A DNA stretch of 64,000 nucleotides from assembly GCA_001643675.2 (NCBI GenBank), contig LSRY02000017.1:682001-746000 (forward strand), in the 5' to 3' direction. Numbering within the stretch: position 1 is the stretch's first letter; each line of letters opens with the position of its first letter. The notes under the pieces were generated by a model that was not told the origin of the DNA, did not search any database, and was given only the letters and a program-made list of their open reading frames with translations. This document shows positions 59,118 to 64,000 of this stretch, in pieces. The position numbers were made by a program, and so were the translations under genes. The stretch comes from Monocercomonoides exilis PA203. Taxonomy: Eukaryota; Protista; Preaxostyla.

Positions 59118-62100
59118 ATGGCAGATTTTATTGCTCGTGAAACTAACGTTTATGTTGCCGTATGCTGTTTATTTCTTTGACAAACATCAGATATTTTATT
59201 TTTTTTTCAAATTTCATTTCATGATTCATTTGTTAGAATGTTGTTCTTAGCCAGGATAGAAAGGCAAGAATAAGCGAACCAAGCGGAGAGGCAGAGCGCC
59301 TAGAAATAAATAAGCTTCATCCAATGGGTGACCTTGTGAAAAGAGAAAAACCTAAAAAATCTCAAAGACCGTTTGATCCTTTTTTAGTTTATTGCTTCGC
59401 TAATATTTTGTTATTTTTGTTTTTTAAATAATAAATGATCAATAATAATTTTTCAGAAAGAAAAAAGCGGAGCAAATTGACGTTGCACAAGGAATGGAGG
59501 TGACTATTGCGATGGAAGATTCTGATGATGAGGAAGAAGAGAAAGATATCGCATATGACATTCCACAAGAAACAAGAAATGAAGACGAAATGTCATCAGA
59601 AGAAGAAGGGCAACAAGATGAGCGAGATATCTCCCATGATGAGGAAGATGATTTTGAGGATATCACAACGATCAAAAAGCCAAAAATTAGACACTTTGAC
59701 GAAAGCGAGCAAATAGAGTTTTTGCGTCAGTTAGACGTATATACAATACAAGGACGAATCAGAAAATGGGTCAACGATGCTGACATATCGCTTCGTCAAG
59801 CTAATGAAGTTGTTGATCTTATTAATCCACAAACAGACGAAGAAACAAGAATTCGAGGTTTAAATCGAATATTGCAAGACAGAGATGATGAACTGAAAAC
59901 AGCGTTGTCAGAGAATGGGGAATGGATTTGGGAAAATATTCAACTTCAAAAAGCGACAAGCGATGAAGAGAAGGAAAAGATCAAAAGAAGAATGCAAGCT
60001 TCAACTGTGGGTCAAAGCATTTTAGATGCTGTTGAAGGAACTTCGACAGTTTTGGGTGACATGACTATTGCCGGGCGTGCAACGAAGCTGGCAAACCAGG
60101 AAATTCAGAAAATGAGGCTCGAAGCGTCTTTGATGGCTGTTAGAAAGGCCCATGACGAACGAAGTAGAGAAGGCAAGATGGATGCTGAGGCAAATGGAGA
60201 AGCGAGAAAAGCACCCAAACCAGCAGATGCCTCCAAGTCTCGACAGCTGCTGGATTTGGATTCACTGAGCTTTGCCAATGGCTCGCACCAGCTTTCTGCC
60301 AAACGCTTTGTGCTTCCTCCTGGATCTCAGGAAGAGAGACACAAACAGTACGACGAAATCACCATTCCAGCACCAAAACTTCATCCGCCTCCACTTCGCA
60401 GCCGCCCCATCAACACACTTCCGCGTTGGGCGCAGCCTGCATTTGCTGGGTTTGAGGCACTGAACACGATACAGTCAGTTGTCTATCAGAGTGCATTTGT
60501 GGGCGGAGGAAACATTCTTGTGTGTGCTCCAACAGGTGCCGGAAAAACGAACATTGCAATGCTCTGCTTTTTGCATGAAATGGGTCTGCATTTGGACGAA
60601 GATGCATCGTCTGACGAGGCAGAAACAGGAGAAGAGAAGGAGAATGAGATTGAAAGAGAGAAAAGAGAGAGCGTATATGTGGGCGATGGAGAGAGAGAAA
60701 TTAGAGACAATTCTTCAAATCCTTCTTCTTCTTCTGGTAATACTTCTTCAAATTCTGCGTCTGCATCTGCTTCAAGCTCCTCTGTTCCCTCAAAGCCAGC
60801 CATTCCACTGCGCCTCCACGAGTTCAAAATGGTGTACATAGCGCCAATGAAGTCTCTTGTGCAGGAAATGACACGCACTTTCTCAGCGAGGCTGTCGCCG
60901 TACGGAATGACTGTCAGAGAGCTCAGCGGAGATTCGCAGCTCACTCGGCAGCAGCTGGCGGAGACGAATGTGATTGTTACCACACCAGAAAAATGGGATA
61001 TTGTGACGCGAAAAGCCGGAGACAGAGCAGTCAGCCAGAAGGTGCGGCTTGTGATTATTGATGAGATCCATCTGCTGCATGACACACGTGGGCCAGTTTT
61101 GGAGTCGATTATTGCGAGAATTACCCGCTCGACCGATGCGACAGGCGAAAGAGTGAGGATTGTGGGGCTCAGCGCCACACTGCCGAACTACGAAGACATC
61201 GGGGAGCTGCTTAGAGTGAGAGACGATGGGTCGATTGAGGACATAGCGACAAAACTGAAGAAGATGGAGTTGAATGCGGCTTCAAGGAAGAAGAGCAAGA
61301 AGCAATTACAAAGTAGGAAAATGGATGTTGAAGACAAAAAGTCTGCTTCTTCAAAAAATGGAGACGACTCAGAAGACAATTCAGATTCGGACTCTGATTC
61401 AGACAGCGATGATTCAGCAGACAACGAATCAAACGAGATTTACCCAGGTTTATTCCATTTCCCCAACGATTTTCGGCCTGTACCGCTGCGGCAGACGTAT
61501 ATTGGCGTGAAGGAGACGAAAGGCAAAGCGAAAGAGCAGTTGATGAACAGCCTTGTTTACGAGAAGATTCTGCAGCTGATTGGCTCGCGGGAGAACATCC
61601 AGCCGCTGATAGTGTTTGTGCACTCGCGGAAGGAGACCGCTGAGACGGCAAAGTACATACGAGACAGGGCGTTTGAAGACGGCATTCTGCACGGGCTGAC
61701 TAGCGACGACTCGAAGCCGATTCTGACAGCTGAGGCAGAGAATGTACTGGATATGTCGCTGAAATCCACACTTCCCGATGGAATTGGCATCCATCACGCA
61801 GGTCTTGCTCTTCAGGACAGGCGACTGGTGGAGGACTTGTTTGACGGAAGGCATATTTCTGTTCTGGTCTCCACTGCCACATTGGCATGGGGTGTGAACT
61901 TGCCTGCTCACACAGTTATCATAAAGGGCACACAAGTTTATTCTCCGGAGAAAAGCGCATGGGTCGAGGTTTCTCCGATGGACATTATGCAGATGCTTGG
62001 TCGTGCTGGGCGTCCGCAACATGATGCAAGCGGAGAAGGTGTGGTGATTACGTCTCGAACTGAGCTGCAGTATTATCTTTATGTGATGAACGAGCAGCTA

Positions 62101-64000
62101 CCGATTGAGTCACAGCTTATAACAAGATTGGCCGATCACATCAATGCAGAAGTTGTGCTGGGGAACATTGTGTCATTGTCAGATGCTGTTGAGTTCCTGA
62201 AATATTCTTATTTGTATATTAGAATGAGAAAGAATCCAGCATTATATCAAATCGACACGAACGAGGAAGAAGATGAAGATGAAGAGGAGGAAGAAGAAAG
62301 CGATGAAGACGAAGACAGCGGAAACAAAGTCAAAAAGGAGAAAGATCCTGTTCTTCGTCGTCTGTACGACTTGGCATACACAGCGCTTGTTGTGCTGAGC
62401 CGAGGCGAGCTTGTGGAGTTCCACAGACAAACAGGCAAAGTTCAGCCGCGTGAGAGAGGAAGGATATCGTCACAATATTACATTCTGCCAGAGTCAATGG
62501 CTGTCTACAAGGAGCACTTGCGCCCAACACTCGACACAGCTGGACTGATGCGCGTGTTCGCATTGTCGTCGGAGTTCCGCTATATGGCAGTGAGGAAAGA
62601 GGAGAAAGAGGCAGTTGCTGCGTTTTTGCAGCGTGTACCTGTACCTGTGATGGAAGACCCTGGCGACAGTCTTGCTAAAATCATTGTTCTTCTCCAGTCG
62701 CACATTGCTAGGCTTCCCCTAGCAGGCTCTCCTCTTCTGGCAGACACTGTCTACATCACTCAGTCTGCATCACGTATCATGCGAGCGCTGTTTGAGCTGA
62801 CTCTGTTGGAAGGCTGGGCGCAGCTGGCACTGAACACACTCAACCTGGCAAAGTCGGTACAGAGGCGGATGTGGACAACAGAATGTCCTCTGAGGCAGTT
62901 CCCAGCCATTCCAAACAAGGCGATTTTGATTCTTGAGCGATCAAACACTCCATTTGAGCAGATTGCGCAGCTGTCTGAGGAGCAGCTGAGGTCTCTTCTC
63001 GGAGGCTCATTCACTGGCGATGCTGGACGAGGAAGCGGAAACATAGTGAGGAAGACGTGCCAAGCTATAAAGAAGGTACCACGTGTAACATGTTCTCTTC
63101 GTGTACTTCCGTGGACTCGCTCTGTGCTACGGATGGAGCTTGCAGTGCTGGCTGACTTTGCGTGGGATGAAGAGGTGCACGGGAGAAGCGAGCTGTTCTG
63201 GCTGTTCATTGAAGACGGTGATGGAGAAAGGATCCTGCACAAGGAGTGCTTCTCGCTGACCTCTCTGAACACAGAAGAAGAGAGAGAAATGACGATCTAT
63301 GTGAATGTTCTCGATCCTCTTCCACCGCAGTATTTCCTGCGAATCATGAGCGACCGCTGGATCTGCCCAGATTGTGTCATTCCCATCCCATTCAGAAACC
63401 TGATTCTGCCTCCGCTGTGTCCTCCTCTTCGTTCACTGGACGACACACGCACAATGCCAATCAACACAGCCCTGCGCAATCCACTCTATCAAAACCTCTT
63501 CTCGGGAATGCTGGACCATTTCTGGGACAAAGAATACAGAGTACAGAAGACAAAGGAGCTTGCCAAAGAAACAAGCAACAAATACGATGATTCCAATGGA
63601 CGGATGGATATTGAGGATGAAAGTGGTCATAGCTCAGCTGCAGCTCAGCATGCAACAACAGTTGTTCCTCCTTCTGTGCGATTTGGAGGCGAGTGGGGTT
63701 GGGGTCTTAGTGCGAACGAAATGGGATGCTGTTCTTCCTCTTTCAAAGCATTCAACGCACTCCAAAGACAGGTCTTTGCCTCTGTCTATCACGAAGACAG
63801 CAACATTCTTATTGCAGCACCACCAGGTTCAGGAAAGACTGTATGCGCTGAACTTTCAATGCTGCGAGCGCTGAGGCTGACTGGTGTGTTTGAATCGCGC
63901 TCACAGCCATCTGCAGCAACAGTGCCTATTTCGCGTATAGTGTATGTGGCAGCCTCACAAGAGAGATGCGTAACACGATATGATAGATGGAGGTCGCTGT
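59118..64000 (+). CDS. BRR2: U5 snRNP Ski2-like helicase BRR2/SNRNP200 (runs off the window end)
   Basis: MADFIAR..; introns 59160-59236 and 59371-59456; EPSGE..MGD. First cassette has APTGAGKTN, YIAPMKSLVQE, TTPEKWD, IIDEIHLLHDTRG, GLSATLPN and QMLGRAGRPQ, then a Sec63 region. Second cassette starts with APPGSGKT. Confidence 0.97.

Noticed and set aside
60105-63874. Many short ORFs on both strands in the last 4 kb
   Set aside because: They overlap the BRR2 reading frame, which is missing from the ORF track only because it has no stop inside the window.
1-64000. Host-wide TAA/TAG=Gln genetic code
   Set aside because: H4, NHP2 and RPL17 end at TAA at the expected positions, and multi-kb ORFs contain no in-frame TAR.

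Overview
AT-rich, gene-dense eukaryotic (protist) DNA with short GT-AG introns and the standard genetic code. Gene content and style suggest an oxymonad such as Monocercomonoides, which is an inference. From left to right the window holds: a complete TIR-bounded pogo/Fot1-like DD35D transposon with an intron and two nonsense codons; a giant intronless receptor-like gene (signal peptide, about 5 beta-helix-like modules, TM, kinase C-lobe remnant); a decayed TE and MITE zone; and a housekeeping block. That block contains a SIR2-like gene with altered catalytic residues, NRDE2, PRP18, a divergent histone H4, an RNase MRP RNA not visible in the ORF track, a SMYD, RPL17 and NHP2. It is followed by a second giant receptor-like pseudokinase, TVP23, PIG-M, a MITE with its empty site elsewhere in the window, a truncated receptor pseudogene, decayed coding-like DNA, a 2-TM gene and the 5' part of BRR2. 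The strongest leads are the RNase MRP RNA, the probable pseudo-sirtuin head-to-head with NRDE2, and a receptor family with variable ectodomains on a near-constant cytoplasmic tail.
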